Positions 22,269-34,000 of a stretch of DNA of 64,000 nucleotides are shown here, piece by piece. The DNA lies in NCBI GenBank assembly GCA_963769025.1, contig CAVYKI010000009.1, forward strand, positions 896,001 to 960,000, in the 5' to 3' direction. Each line of letters starts with the position of its first letter. Within the stretch, counting starts at the first letter, position 1. The translations under genes and the position numbers were made by a program. The notes under the pieces were generated by a model. The model was not told the DNA's origin. It made no database searches and saw nothing but the letters and a program-made list of their open reading frames with translations. Source of the DNA: an uncultured Verrucomicrobiae bacterium (GTDB taxonomy: Bacteria; Verrucomicrobiota; Verrucomicrobiia; Chthoniobacterales; Chthoniobacteraceae).

Positions 22269-25052
22269 TCAAGCGGGGGTCGTCACGGGACGCTTTTCCG
22301 CAGCCTGCGCGAGGGCTTTGTTCAGCTCATGCAGGCTCCACGCCGAGGTCACCGGGCCGCCTTCGATATCGGTGATGTAGAAGCTGTCGATGGCCGCGCC
22401 TTTCTCCGTGGTGATGCGCGCGGCCGCGATCAGAAACTGCGCGTCGCTCACCGCACGGAGGATGTCGTACAGCAGCCCGAGCCGGTCGGGCGCAGCGATG
22501 TCCACGACGGTGTAGTTGGGATTGACGTCCGGATTGATCGCGATGCGCACCGGAAAATCCAGCGTGCGCTCCCACGTCTGCAGGCGCCGCAGCCGTTTCG
22601 CGATGAGGGGCTCAAAGTCGTAGTTCTCCACGCGGAGCGCCTCGATCAAGAGCTTGGTCACGCGCTGCATGTCACGCTCGTCCTCGATCGCCTTGAAGCG
22701 CGGCGTGGTGACGCGGAAGAGGTCGAGCGCGAGCCCGTCGTGCCGGGTGAAGATGTCCGCGCTGAGAATGTTCAGCTCGTTTGCCGCCAGTGCGCCCGCG
22801 ATGCGGGTGAGCAACTGGTGACGATCCCACGTGCAGACCCAGAGTTCGCTGTGGCCCGCGTTCGGGCGGGGAATCCAGCGCAGGACCGGCTCGAGCGTTC
22901 CCTCGTCGCCCTCGAAATGCTTTTCGAGAAACTCCCGGATCATCCGGAGGTGATCCACGATCTCCCCGGCGGGATGCGTCTGAAAGTAGCGTTCCGGCAG
23001 CGCCGCAAAGTGCGCATCGATCTCCGTCTCGAAGTCCGCTGACATTTTCTCCAGCACCGCGGCCTTGAGCTCCTGCCGCTCGACATGCCGCTGCCGGCGG
23101 AACCCTTCGCTGTCCGCGAGGCACCGTGTCGCCTGCCGGTAGAGCTGCCACGCGAGCGACTCCGTCCAGGCGTTCCAAATCTTTTCATCCCCCACCCCGA
23201 GGCCGTCCGCGGTCGTGAGCAGCATCAGTGCGTCGAGATTCGCCTGACTCCCGACGACCGCCGCAAAGCCCTCGATCGTGCCGGGGTCGGAGAGGTCGCG
23301 CTGCCTCGCGGTGCGCGCCAGCAGATCGTGGTTGTCCACGAGGAAAATGAGCATCCTCCGCTGCGGGCTCGAGAGTTGGAGACGCCGTGCGACCTTCTGC
23401 GCGTTGATGGTGCTCTCCACCGCGTGGTGCCGGCTGTTGGCCGCCTTGCCCGTATCATGCAAAAGCAGCGCGAGGTAGAGCACGTAGGGATCGCCGAGTT
23501 TTTGAAAAAGCTCCCGGTAGCCCTGGTGCCGCGGCTCCTCGGTATCTAGCAGACTGTCGAGCTTCTCCACGCAGACCAGCGTGTGCTCGTCCACCGTGTA
23601 GCGGTGGAAATATTCGTGCTGCACGAGCGCGGTGAGCCGGCCGAATTCCGGCATCCACCGCCCCAGGAAATCCACGCGGTGCATCGTGTGCAGGATGTGG
23701 CCGACCTGCCCCTTCTTCCGCAGGATGCTCGAGAACACCTCACGGTTCACCTTCAGGTAGCGAAATGTGTTGTTGATGTATTTCAGCCGTCGCCGGACGA
23801 GTTGCCGCAGCTCCGGGCTGATGCGCAGACCCCGCAGTTGAACGTGCTGGAAGAGGCGCATCATCCGCGCGCTGTCCTCCTTGAAAATCTGCCGGTCCCG
23901 ATAGTAGAGCCGGTCGCCGATGGCGATGAAGCCGTCGAATTCCTCGCGCTTCGCCTTCGCCTTCGCCGTCCGCCGGAATGGCAGAAACCGGAAAAATCCC
24001 CCGGGCTGCCGCGCTTCCACCGTCGGCAGCGCGAGACGCTCGGACACGAGTTCGGTCAGCTCATAAATGGCGCGCGCGTTGCGGTAGTAGTCCCGCATCA
24101 GCTCTTCCGTGCGCCGCAGCACATCCGGGAATCTCTCCCGGTAGCCGAGACGATCCGCGATGTCCTTCTGGTTGCCGATCAGGATCACATCGGCGTGCCG
24201 GTCGGTGACGTAATGCAGCTCCGTCCGCAGCCGGAAAAGAAAGTCATAGGCGCGATCCAGTTCCCGCTTCTCGGTTTCATCCAGGTATTTCTTGGCCACG
24301 AGTTCCCGCGTCGTCCGCACGCGGTATTTGAAATACGCCATCCAGAGCAGGTTCTGGTAATCCCGCAGCCCGCCGCAGCCGTTCTTGATGTTTGGCTCCT
24401 GCATGTAAACAGCGTCGCCGTATTTGCCGTGACGTGACGCCTGATCCGCGACTCGTGCCTCGAGGTAATCCTCCGTGTGTCCGTCCACGCACGATTTCAG
24501 AAACCGCTGCTGGAACGCCTCGAAAAGGTCCTTGTCGCCCCACAGGAAGCGCGCCTCGAGCATCGCCGTCTTCGACTGCATTTCCTTGTTCGCCTCCTGC
24601 ACCGTTTCCGTGAGATTTCGCGTCGAGTGCCCGGGTGTGAAATCGCACGCAAAGAGCACATTCAGCACGTCCTTCACCACCGGCGCGACGCCCCCGGGAA
24701 GCCGCAACCGGCCGCCGTGGAGAAACGCGATGTCCACGTCGCTCTTCGGGTTCAGTTCCCGCCGGCCGTAGCCGCCGATCGCCATCAACGTGAGCCTCGG
24801 AGGCTTGATACCTGAGCTTCGGAGCTGCGCGATCCCCACCGCCATCAGGTGGCAGATGAAATCATCGATCGTATCCGCGCGCATCCGGCCACCTTCGAGA
24901 CCGCCCGTGATTCTGCGGTGCTGGAGTTCGAGCCACTTTTCCTCCACACGGAGCGCCTTGCGATACGTCGCGACGCGCGTCTCGAACGTGTAGTCCCCAC
25001 CGGCTTTCAGGCGGACTTCGATTTCCGCCAGGACCTTCGCAAATCGGCGCAT
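22269..25052 (-). CDS. glnD: PII uridylyltransferase/uridylyl-removing enzyme
   Basis: GGYGRRELNPKSDVD, EPNIKNGCGGLRD, HRYTVDEH, LLHD, two ACT domains (DRHQLL, DRLGLL). Confidence 0.96.
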   Translation of the reverse strand: MRRFAKVLAEIEVRLKAGGDYTFETRVATYRKALRVEEKWLELQHRRITGGLEGGRMRADTIDDFICHLMAVGIAQLRSSGIKPPRLTLMAIGGYGRRELNPKSDVDIAFLHGGRLRLPGGVAPVVKDVLNVLFACDFTPGHSTRNLTETVQEANKEMQSKTAMLEARFLWGDKDLFEAFQQRFLKSCVDGHTEDYLEARVADQASRHGKYGDAVYMQEPNIKNGCGGLRDYQNLLWMAYFKYRVRTTRELVAKKYLDETEKRELDRAYDFLFRLRTELHYVTDRHADVILIGNQKDIADRLGYRERFPDVLRRTEELMRDYYRNARAIYELTELVSERLALPTVEARQPGGFFRFLPFRRTAKAKAKREEFDGFIAIGDRLYYRDRQIFKEDSARMMRLFQHVQLRGLRISPELRQLVRRRLKYINNTFRYLKVNREVFSSILRKKGQVGHILHTMHRVDFLGRWMPEFGRLTALVQHEYFHRYTVDEHTLVCVEKLDSLLDTEEPRHQGYRELFQKLGDPYVLYLALLLHDTGKAANSRHHAVESTINAQKVARRLQLSSPQRRMLIFLVDNHDLLARTARQRDLSDPGTIEGFAAVVGSQANLDALMLLTTADGLGVGDEKIWNAWTESLAWQLYRQATRCLADSEGFRRQRHVERQELKAAVLEKMSADFETEIDAHFAALPERYFQTHPAGEIVDHLRMIREFLEKHFEGDEGTLEPVLRWIPRPNAGHSELWVCTWDRHQLLTRIAGALAANELNILSADIFTRHDGLALDLFRVTTPRFKAIEDERDMQRVTKLLIEALRVENYDFEPLIAKRLRRLQTWERTLDFPVRIAINPDVNPNYTVVDIAAPDRLGLLYDILRAVSDAQFLIAAARITTEKGAAIDSFYITDIEGGPVTSAWSLHELNKALAQAAEKRPVTTPA

Positions 25053-25076
25053 CAGGATTCGGGCTGCCCGTGTCTC

Positions 25077-26624
25077 TTACGCGAGCGAAAACGTCTGCTG
25101 CCCCGGCGCGCCCCCCGCCACGATGCGGACCTTGGCGTCATTCGCCGCGAGGTGCGTGAGCGTGTGAAATACAGCCTCGGCATCCGCACCGAGCGCCTGC
25201 GCGATCTGCGCCGCAGTCTGCGCCTCCGCCTTCAGCGCCGCGCGCACCCGGCGCTGGAGTTCCAGCACCGTCGCCGCCGCCTTCTTGCCCGCCTCCACCC
25301 CCGGCTGGTGATACGCGTTGACGTTCACCAGCGTCGCATAGAAGCCCACAGCCCGGTCGTAGAGCGCGATGATCGCTCCCACCGTCTGCGGCGACACCGC
25401 GGGGATGCTCAGCGTCACGCTGTCGCGTCCGCTTTCATAGAGCGCCTGCCGCGTGCCGCGCAGGAATCCCTGCAAGTAATCGCCCGCGGTGATCCCCTGC
25501 TCCACCTCGATGCCCGCCGCCGCGCGGTCCTTCCGCACCTCGATGAATGTCGCGAAAAAATTGTTCACCCCGTCCCGGAGCTGCTGCACGTAGGCATGCT
25601 GGTCGGTCGAGCCCTTGTTCCCGTACACCGCGATGCCCTGGTGCACTTCCTTGCCGTCGAGATCGAGTTTCTTGCCGAGGCTCTCCATCACGAGCTGCTG
25701 GAGATACTTTGAGAAAAGCGCGAGCCGGTCCTTGTACGGCAGCACCACCATGTCCTTCGCGCCCTTGCCGCCGCCGGCGAAATGCCAGCTCAGCGCGAGC
25801 AGCATCGCGGGATTCTTCCGCGTCTCGGTGCTGCGCGTCCATTCGTCCATCAGCGAAGCGCCTTCGAGGATGCCGCCGATCTCCAGCCCTTGCAGCGCCA
25901 GCGGCAGCAGCCCCACCGCGCTCATCACCGAGGTGCGCCCGCCGACCCAGTCCCACATCGGGAAACGCGCCAGCCACTTCTGCTCCGTCGCGTACTTGTC
26001 GAGCGGCGAGCCCACGCCGGTCACCGCGACGGCATGCGATGCGAAATCAATCCCCGCGCGCTTGTAGGCGGCCTCGGCTTCCAGCATCCCGTTGCGCGTC
26101 TCCGGCGTGCCGCCGCTCTTGGAAATGGTGATGACCAGCGTGTGATCCAGCCGGTGCTCCAGCGACGCCAGCGTGCGGTCGATCCCGTCCGGGTCCGTGT
26201 TGTCGAAAAAATGCAGCCGCATCCGATCCTCCTGCGTCCCGAGCGCATCCGCGACAAACTGCGGCCCGAGCGCCGAGCCGCCGATGCCCACCACCAGCAC
26301 GTCCATGAATTTTTCGCCCTGATGCGTCCGCATCGCGAACTCCTTGATGTTCGCATAGCATGTCACGATCTCCTCGCGCAGCTCGTCGTTTGGCGCGATC
26401 TCCGGCGTCCGCAGCCAGTAATGCCCGACCATCCGCTTCTCATCCGGATTCGCAATCGCGCCCTTCTCCAGCGCATCCATCGCCACGAACGCCTTCTGCG
26501 CCGCCGGCTCCATCCCTGCGAACCATTCGTCGCTGAACCGCATCCGGCTCACATCGAGCGAAACGCCGAGTTCCTCGTTGGCCGTGAAATACTGCTGATA
26601 CCGTTCCCAGAGCGAAGTGGACAT
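25077..26624 (-). CDS. pgi: Glucose-6-phosphate isomerase
   Basis: [44 protein letters not shown]. Confidence 0.97.
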   Translation of the reverse strand: MSTSLWERYQQYFTANEELGVSLDVSRMRFSDEWFAGMEPAAQKAFVAMDALEKGAIANPDEKRMVGHYWLRTPEIAPNDELREEIVTCYANIKEFAMRTHQGEKFMDVLVVGIGGSALGPQFVADALGTQEDRMRLHFFDNTDPDGIDRTLASLEHRLDHTLVITISKSGGTPETRNGMLEAEAAYKRAGIDFASHAVAVTGVGSPLDKYATEQKWLARFPMWDWVGGRTSVMSAVGLLPLALQGLEIGGILEGASLMDEWTRSTETRKNPAMLLALSWHFAGGGKGAKDMVVLPYKDRLALFSKYLQQLVMESLGKKLDLDGKEVHQGIAVYGNKGSTDQHAYVQQLRDGVNNFFATFIEVRKDRAAAGIEVEQGITAGDYLQGFLRGTRQALYESGRDSVTLSIPAVSPQTVGAIIALYDRAVGFYATLVNVNAYHQPGVEAGKKAAATVLELQRRVRAALKAEAQTAAQIAQALGADAEAVFHTLTHLAANDAKVRIVAGGAPGQQTFSLA

Positions 26625-26729
26625 AGGGCCGCGAATGAAGCGCCCCGCGCCGCGCCGTGCAAGCCCCGGCAATGTCAGACCGCCCGGCAGACGCCGCACC
26701 CGCGGCCCATTTTCATGCCCGTCGCTCCG

Positions 26730-27575
26730 CTACTCGATCGCCTCGACCTCGACCTCAACTTCCATCTTCCGATCCGTGGTGCCCTTGTAGTGGCCGCGGA
26801 CGGGAGGCACGTCGGCGTAGTCACGCCCCACGGCGAGCTTGATGTAGCGCTCGTCGGTGGGCTGGTTGTTCGTGGGATCGAGGCCGCACCAGCCGAGGCC
26901 GGGGACGAATACTTCGCACCATGCGTGGCTCGCCTGCGCGCCGAGGAGGTGATCGCGCGGGCCGTTGTAAAGGTAGCCGCTGACGTAGAGCGCAGGGATG
27001 CGGAGCGCGCGGCAGAGGCCGATCATCACGTGGGCGAAGTCCTGGCAGACGCCGCGGCAGTCCGCGAGCACGTCGCGCATGTGCGTGTGCACCGATGTGA
27101 CATTCGGCGTGTACGCGAAACACGAGTGGATGCGTTCCATGATCGCGCAGGCCGCGCCCCACACGTCTTCGCAGCCCGCGGTGATGTCGATCGCCAGCCG
27201 CCATGCCTCGGGGCTGTCCTCCACGTGGGTGCTCTCCTGGAGGAAGTCGAAGCACCGCTCGCTCTTCCGGCACTCCGAGAGCCGCGCGAGGGCGACGGGC
27301 GAGGTTTCCGGGCGCGTCGTGACTGGCATCGTGGTCACCTTCGCAAAACTCTCGACGAGGAGAGTCGCGTGAGGCGTCGGCAGCTCGAAGAAGTGGATGA
27401 CGTTCGCGTGGAAGTCCGTGTAGTGCGAAAGGCGCGCCGCAGGCAGCACTTTCAGCAGGAAGGAGTCGCAGGACTGATGCTCATTCGTCACGGGCCGGAG
27501 GCGGACTTCATTGAAGCTTTCGCGAACCGGCGATGCGTAGGTGTAGCGTGTGCGGTGTGTGACTTGGAGTTTCAT
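26730..27575 (-). CDS. Transglutaminase-like protein (Bact_transglu_N plus core)
   Basis: HRTRYTY, GVCQDFAH, SHAW, DPTN, GRDYADV; intact Cys-His-Asp triad. Confidence 0.92.
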   Translation of the reverse strand: MKLQVTHRTRYTYASPVRESFNEVRLRPVTNEHQSCDSFLLKVLPAARLSHYTDFHANVIHFFELPTPHATLLVESFAKVTTMPVTTRPETSPVALARLSECRKSERCFDFLQESTHVEDSPEAWRLAIDITAGCEDVWGAACAIMERIHSCFAYTPNVTSVHTHMRDVLADCRGVCQDFAHVMIGLCRALRIPALYVSGYLYNGPRDHLLGAQASHAWCEVFVPGLGWCGLDPTNNQPTDERYIKLAVGRDYADVPPVRGHYKGTTDRKMEVEVEVEAIE

Positions 27576-27644
27576 CCCGGAGGCAGCGGAAGCTGGGGGG
27601 ATGATCCAACGTTGGCAAGTGTCGCGCGCATGCTCGGTGGCGGA

Positions 27645-28520
27645 CTATCCGAGCGGCTCAACATCCACCATGACTCGAACCTTGTGCTTCCCTCCGCCGG
27701 TGAGGATGCCGCTGAGCGGGCTCACGTCGCTGAAGTCGCGTCCGACGGCGACGGTGATGTGTTCGTCGGTCGGCATCGCGTCGTTGGTGGGATCGAAATC
27801 GACCCAGCCGGCGTTGGGGCAATACACCGACAACCACGCGTGCGACGCATCGGCGCCCACAAGGCGCGGTTTCCCTGCGGCCGGGTACGTGCGCAGATAG
27901 CCGCTCACGTACCGCGCGGGAAGACCGAGCGAGCGCAGGCATGCGATGCCGATGTGGGCGAAGTCCTGGCAGACGCCGTGCCGCTTCTGCCACACCTCCT
28001 CCAGCGGAGTGGAGATGGTGGTGGCCACACTGTCGTAGCGGAAATCCGAGTAGATGCGCCCGATGAGAGAGCGCGCTCCGACGAGCAATGGCGTGCCCGG
28101 GCCGAAGCTCTCCCGCGCATACGCGGCGTATTCGGGCGCCAGCCGCACGAGCGGTGAGTCGAGGCAGAACTCGTAGGGCACGACATCCGCCGGCAACACC
28201 GGATCGCGAAAGGCCGAGGCGACCACTTCCCATGCCGGCGAGATGCCGAGGGCGGGGATCGTCACCGCATCCACCGTGACGTAGCTGCTGGCGACGACCT
28301 CGAGGTGCCGGTGGATTTCCTGGATGGCGAACGAGCAGACGTGATTCCCGAAATAGTCGCGGCTCTCCTTGCGCACGGCCGGCTGCGGCGAAATCGACAT
28401 CGAAAACCGTGACGTCCGCTGGGTGGAACTTGTCAGCGGCATCTGGCGCGCCGCGTGGTGCGAGACGGTGACGCCGTCGCCGTAATCGTAAATCGTCCGG
28501 TGGGTGATGCGGTAGTCCAT
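27645..28520 (-). CDS. Transglutaminase-like protein
   Basis: HRTIYDY, GVCQDFAH, SHAW, DPTN, GRDFSDV. Confidence 0.92.
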   Translation of the reverse strand: MDYRITHRTIYDYGDGVTVSHHAARQMPLTSSTQRTSRFSMSISPQPAVRKESRDYFGNHVCSFAIQEIHRHLEVVASSYVTVDAVTIPALGISPAWEVVASAFRDPVLPADVVPYEFCLDSPLVRLAPEYAAYARESFGPGTPLLVGARSLIGRIYSDFRYDSVATTISTPLEEVWQKRHGVCQDFAHIGIACLRSLGLPARYVSGYLRTYPAAGKPRLVGADASHAWLSVYCPNAGWVDFDPTNDAMPTDEHITVAVGRDFSDVSPLSGILTGGGKHKVRVMVDVEPLG

Positions 28521-28526
28521 CTGAGT

Positions 28527-31091
28527 CTAAGCCGAACTGGCGCGGGAAATCGTGGAATGGGCGAAGTAGTTCACGGCGATTCCGTCGGACAGCTCCGGAA
28601 GGCTTGCGCTCACGGCGCGGATGACTTTCCCGGTCTCGCCCTCGTGCCATGGCCCGTGCGGATGCACGAGTTCCCGCGGGTCGAGCAGCCGCACGCGCGC
28701 GACGCTGCCGATGAGAATCCGCTGCCCGGCGCTCGGCAGCGCGCCCTGGTGTTCCTTCGGGAGACGGTCGAAATGTTTCTCGAGCTGGAGCAACTGAAAG
28801 AGCAGCGAGCGCGGATTCGTGCCGTCCAGGAGCACGATGTCGTACACGGCGGCAATGTTTGGGATGAGCGTGTAGCGGGAGCGGTAGGTGAGCGTGCTGT
28901 CGGCGTATTCGAGCACGGCCTCGAGCACGCTCGGGTTGTTCGCCTCGGGGGAACGCAGCGCGCAGTCGAGGAATGTGCAGAGATAGATCGAGCGTTCGAT
29001 GCGCTGGCCGATGTCGATGAATCGCCAGCCCTGCGCGCGCGTCATGTTTTCGCGGGCGAGGCCGTAAAAGGACGCGATCAGCAGGATGAGCCTGTTCAGC
29101 ACCGGGAGGGCGTCGCCGGTGAGCATGGGGCGTCCGTTTGCGGGAGCGGTGACACATTCCTCGAGCTGGCCGAGCACGCGCCAAACGTCGTTCGATGTGC
29201 GATCGCGAATGAGCATCGCCAGTTGCTCGACCCGTGCGGCGAGGTGCCGGAGGCTGCCCGGGCGTGTCCGATCGAAAATTGACGCTAGCAATTCAGCCTC
29301 CAGCGCCTCGGAATTCTGGCTCCACTGCGGATGCTCGGTGTTGAGCAGCCCCTGCTTTTCGAGCGCCTGCAAAAATGGCACGAGGTGCGGCATGCTCGAC
29401 CCGGTCCGCTCGGGATTGAACCGCGAAAGCGTACTGCGCAGCAGGCGCGCGCTTGCGTCCAGCCGCTCCGCGTAGCGCCCGAGCCAGCAGAAGTCGTCGG
29501 CCAGCCGCGATGGCAGATTATTGCCGACCCGCCGCAACTCGACATTGCGCCCCGTCCCCTGCAGGAGGGTCATCTCCTCGACCGGCTTGTCGCTCAGGAC
29601 CCACGTGTCCTTGCTCGTGCCCCCGTGCTGCATGGAAACGAGCCGCGCATCGCCGCTCATCGCAGTCCGTGTGAGGCCGCCGGGCATCACTTTGTAGCCG
29701 TCCGCCGTGGCGACGAGGAACACACGGACGACGACGCGCTTCGAGGCGATCCCGGCGCCATCCCACGCCGGCGCGGTGGACATGTGGACCTTTTCCTGCG
29801 CGACCCAAAGGTGCGGCTGGAATTCGATTCGCGCCCGCAATTCATCGGACGTCAGCCTCTCAATTTCGCCGCGGCCGTATGGCCGGAATGCAGGCTTGAT
29901 GACGAGCTCATCGAGGTGCTCGAGCACGTACTTTTGCGCCGACTTCTGGCCGCACCACCACGTCGCCACCGAGGGCATGAGGAGTTTCTCGCCGAGCACG
30001 TGACGGCACAGGCCCGGCAGGAACGGCTTGAACGCAGGGCTCTGCAGCAGCCCGGTGCCGAGCGCATTCGAGACGGCGACATGCCCTGCGCGCACCGCCT
30101 CGACGAGTCCGGGCACGCCGAGCATGGAATCATTCCGAAGTTCGAGCGGATCGCAAAAGTCGTCGTCCACGCGGCGGAGGATCACATCCACGGGCTCGAG
30201 ACCGCCGATGGTTTTCAAAAAGACGCGGTCGTCGCGCACCGTGAGATCTTCGCCCTCGACGAGCGTGTAGCCGAGGTAGCGCGCGAGATAGGCCTGCTCG
30301 AAATACGTCTCGTTATAGGCACCCGGAGTGAGGACGACCACGCGTGGGCTGTCCGTCTTTCGCGAACCCAGCGCGGCGAGCGAATTCTGCATTTCGCGGA
30401 AGAATCCGGCGAGCCGCTGCACGTGGCAGCTCCGGAAGGGTTCGGGCAACACGCGCGAGGTGGCGAGCCGGTTCGCTAGCGTGTAGCCCGCGCCCGTCGG
30501 GATCTGCGTGCGGTCCGAAATCACCCACCAGCGCCCGTCCGGCGAACGCGCAATGTCGGCGGCGTAGCAATGCAGATAAATGTCCTGCGGCGGCCGGACG
30601 CCGTGGAGCGGTCGCAAAAAGTCCGGCTGGGCAAAGAGCAGCGCAGGCGGGAGCCACGCGGTGCGGATGAGCTCCTGCTTTCCATAGCAGTCGGCGAGGA
30701 TCCGGTTGATGAGGGTCGCGCGCTGCGTGAGCCCTTTCTCGACCTCGCGCCACTCCGACTCCGTGATGACCAGCGGAATCGGGTCCAACTGCCATGGCCG
30801 CTCGGCGCCGAGCGGGTCGCCATAGACCGTGTAGGTGATCCCCTGCTCGTGGATGATCTCGGCGCACGTCTGCCGGCGGTGCCGCAGCGCCTCGATTCCG
30901 AGCGCATCGAACTCATGCAGCAGCGTCTCGTAGTGCGGGCGCACCGATCCGTCGGGCGCGCGCATTTCATCGAACACCCCCGCCCGCGCGGTATAGTCGC
31001 CGAAGATCGGCGGATGCCCCTGCGAGGCTTCAGCCGGCTCCGCGTGCGCTGTCGCCCCTTGAAATGAGTCGGCGCCGCCTCGCTCAGGCAT
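28527..31091 (-). CDS. Circularly permuted ATP-grasp (type 2) fused to a C-terminal alpha-E domain
   Basis: FDEM, LDPIP, LTPGAYNETYFEQAYLARYLG, RRVDDDFCDPLEL, PGGLTR, SKDTWV, then WLGRYAER and IGQRIER. Confidence 0.9.
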   Translation of the reverse strand: MPERGGADSFQGATAHAEPAEASQGHPPIFGDYTARAGVFDEMRAPDGSVRPHYETLLHEFDALGIEALRHRRQTCAEIIHEQGITYTVYGDPLGAERPWQLDPIPLVITESEWREVEKGLTQRATLINRILADCYGKQELIRTAWLPPALLFAQPDFLRPLHGVRPPQDIYLHCYAADIARSPDGRWWVISDRTQIPTGAGYTLANRLATSRVLPEPFRSCHVQRLAGFFREMQNSLAALGSRKTDSPRVVVLTPGAYNETYFEQAYLARYLGYTLVEGEDLTVRDDRVFLKTIGGLEPVDVILRRVDDDFCDPLELRNDSMLGVPGLVEAVRAGHVAVSNALGTGLLQSPAFKPFLPGLCRHVLGEKLLMPSVATWWCGQKSAQKYVLEHLDELVIKPAFRPYGRGEIERLTSDELRARIEFQPHLWVAQEKVHMSTAPAWDGAGIASKRVVVRVFLVATADGYKVMPGGLTRTAMSGDARLVSMQHGGTSKDTWVLSDKPVEEMTLLQGTGRNVELRRVGNNLPSRLADDFCWLGRYAERLDASARLLRSTLSRFNPERTGSSMPHLVPFLQALEKQGLLNTEHPQWSQNSEALEAELLASIFDRTRPGSLRHLAARVEQLAMLIRDRTSNDVWRVLGQLEECVTAPANGRPMLTGDALPVLNRLILLIASFYGLARENMTRAQGWRFIDIGQRIERSIYLCTFLDCALRSPEANNPSVLEAVLEYADSTLTYRSRYTLIPNIAAVYDIVLLDGTNPRSLLFQLLQLEKHFDRLPKEHQGALPSAGQRILIGSVARVRLLDPRELVHPHGPWHEGETGKVIRAVSASLPELSDGIAVNYFAHSTISRASSA

Positions 31092-34000
31092 GGCGCAGAT
31101 CGAGCGTGAACGGGAAGTCGCCGCTCACGGGTTCGGAAGGCAGGGCGAATTTGCCCTGCGTATGGCCATGCGCAAAGAATCGGGCGAGGCGTCGGCTTTC
31201 GGCTTCGTAACTGTTCACTGGGAATGTGTCGTAGCTGCGACCGCCCGGATGCGCAACGTGATAGGTGCAGCCGCCGAGCGAGCGCTTGTTCCAGGTGTCG
31301 AAAAGATCGAACACGAGCGGCGCATGGACGCCGATCGTCGGCTGGAGACAATTCGGCGGCTGCCACGCGCGATAGCGCACGCCCGCGACGCCTTCGCCAT
31401 TCGTGCCGGTCGGGTGCAGCGGGATGCGATGGCCATTCACCGTGAGCGCGAAACGATTGCCGACGAGGCCGCGGGCCTTCACCTGCATGCGTTCGAGCGA
31501 GCTGTCCACGTAGCGCACGGCGCCGCCCGCCGTGCCCTCCTCGCCGAGCACGTGCCACGGTTCGAGCGCGGTGCGCAGTTCCACCTCCACATCGCGCTGT
31601 GCAAAATCACCGATGCGCGGAAAGCGGAACTCGAAGTGCGGCGCGAACCAGTCGGCCTCGAATGCGAAACCGGCATCCCGCAGATCGTGGATCACATCCT
31701 TGAAATCCGTCTCGCAGAAATGCGGGAGCATCCAGCGGTCGTGGATTTCCGTGCCCCAGCGCACGAGGTCGTTCGTGTAGGGTTGCTTCCAGAATTTCGC
31801 GACGAGCCCGCGCAGGAGAAGATGCTGCGCCAGGCTCATGCGCGCATGCGGCGGCATCTCAAAGGCGCGCATCTCCACGAGGCCGAGGCGTCCGGCGGTG
31901 CCTTCCGGCGAGTAGAGCTTGTCGATGCTGAACTCGGCGCGGTGCGTGTTGCCGCTGGAATCGGTGAGCAGGTTCCGGAAGAGCCGGTCCGTGAGCCACG
32001 CAGGGGTGTGCTCCGGGTCGCGTTTCTCACCCAATGCAAGCTGCCGATCGAGTTCCTTGAAGGCGACCTCGAGTTCGTAGAGCGCGTCGTTGCGCGCCTC
32101 GTCCACACGCGGCGCCTGCGAGGTCGGCCCGACAAAGAGGCCGCTGAACAGCCAGCTCAGCGAAGGATGATTTTGCCAGTACGCGATGAGCGAGCGCAGC
32201 AGATCGGGCCGCCGAAGCACCGGCGAATCCACCGGCTTCTCAGCGCCGATGAGGATGTGGTTGCCGCCGCCGGTGCCGGTGTGGCGGCCGTCCACCATGA
32301 ATTTCTCCGTGCCGAGCCGCGTCTGGCGCGCCTCCTCGTAAAGCACGGTCGTGCGGTCCACGAGTTCGTCCCACGATTTGCTCGGGTGCAGGTTCACTTC
32401 GATGACGCCGGGGTCGGGCGTGACCTTGAGCACGTTCAGGCGCGGGTCGCGCGGCGGCGTGTAGCCCTCGATGGCGACCGGCGTGCCAAGTTCCGCGGCG
32501 GTGTCTTCGACGGCGGCGATGAGTTCGAGGTAATCTTCCAGCGTCGAAACCGGCGGCATGAACACATGCAGCCTGCCGCCACGCGGTTCGACGCAGAGCG
32601 CCGTGCGGACGATCCACGCGGCGGATTCGCCCGGCTTGGGCACGCGCGTCGTGTCTGCGCGCAAGGCTTCCTTTTTCGCGTCCTCCTCGCTCTGTCCGCG
32701 ACGCCGCTGCTCCGCGATTTCGCGACGCCAGGGCGTATCGGCACGGCGGTAGCGCTCGCGGAATTCCTCGGGCGACGGCAACGGCGGACGTTCGGCGGTC
32801 GGATCGAGTTCGATGATGTAAGGATAGTCCTCCTCCTTCACCCACGGGAGCGATTCCAGCGGGAGACGCAGCCCCATCGGCGAATCGCCGGGCACGAGAT
32901 ACAGGCGCTCGGAGCGCAGGAACCACGGTCCGCTCACCCAGAGCGGTGCGTGGTCCTTCCAGCCGCGCTGGATCGGCAGCACGTGGCCGACGATGCTGTC
33001 GAGCCCCTGCTGCTGAATCCGTGCGAGCCGCACGCGCTCCTCATCCTTCTTCTTCGGATCCGCCTTGTGCGGATCCACGTTCGTGGGGAGACGGCGCTCC
33101 TTCCACACGTGATGGAACGGATCCTCGTAGCCGGCCAATATCCACTTCGGGTCCACCCCGATGCGCGCGCTCAGCGCAGCGATGAACTTCGCGGAATCCT
33201 CATTCGTATGTTTGTAGTTCGCAGCCTCCTCGGCGATCAGGTCGTCGCGCTGCCAGACAGGCATGCCATCCTTGCGCCAGTAGGCAGCCGAACGCCCAGC
33301 GCGGGACCGACTCGCCCGGATACCATTTGCCCTGGCCGTAATGCACGAGCGAAGCCGGCGCGAATTTTCCGCGCAGCCGCTTCAGCAACGTGTCGGAGAG
33401 GACACGCTTTTTCGGCGAGGTCGCCGAGAAATTCCACTCGGGCCCTTCCGGGTCGTCGATCGAGATGAATGTCGGCTCGCCTCCCATCGTGAGTCGGACG
33501 TCGTGCTTCGTGAGGTCCGCATCGATGGCATGCCCGAGCTTCTCGATCTCGGTCCACTGCTCCTCGCTGTAGGGCTTGGTGACACGCGGCGATTCGTAGA
33601 TGCGCGTGACCTTCATCTCGTGGAGCAGCTTCGACTCGCACGGGTCCACCGCACCGGTCACCGGCGCCGCGGTGCTCGGCTCCGGCGTGCAACTCAGCGG
33701 GATGTGTCCCTCGCCCGCGAGCAGGCCGCTTGTCGGATCAAACCCGACCCATCCCGCTCCCGGCAGGTACACTTCGCACCACGCGTGGAGGTCCGTGAAA
33801 TCCACCTCAGTGCCGCTCGGTCCGTCGAGCGACTTCACGTCGGGCTTGAGCTGGATGAGGTATCCGCTGACGAAGCGCGCCGCCAATCCGAAGTGCCGCA
33901 GCAACTGGACGAGCAACCACGCGGAATCGCGGCACGATCCGCTGAGGTTGCCGAGGGTTTGCTCGGGCGACTGCACGCCGTGTTCCAGCCGGATGAGATA

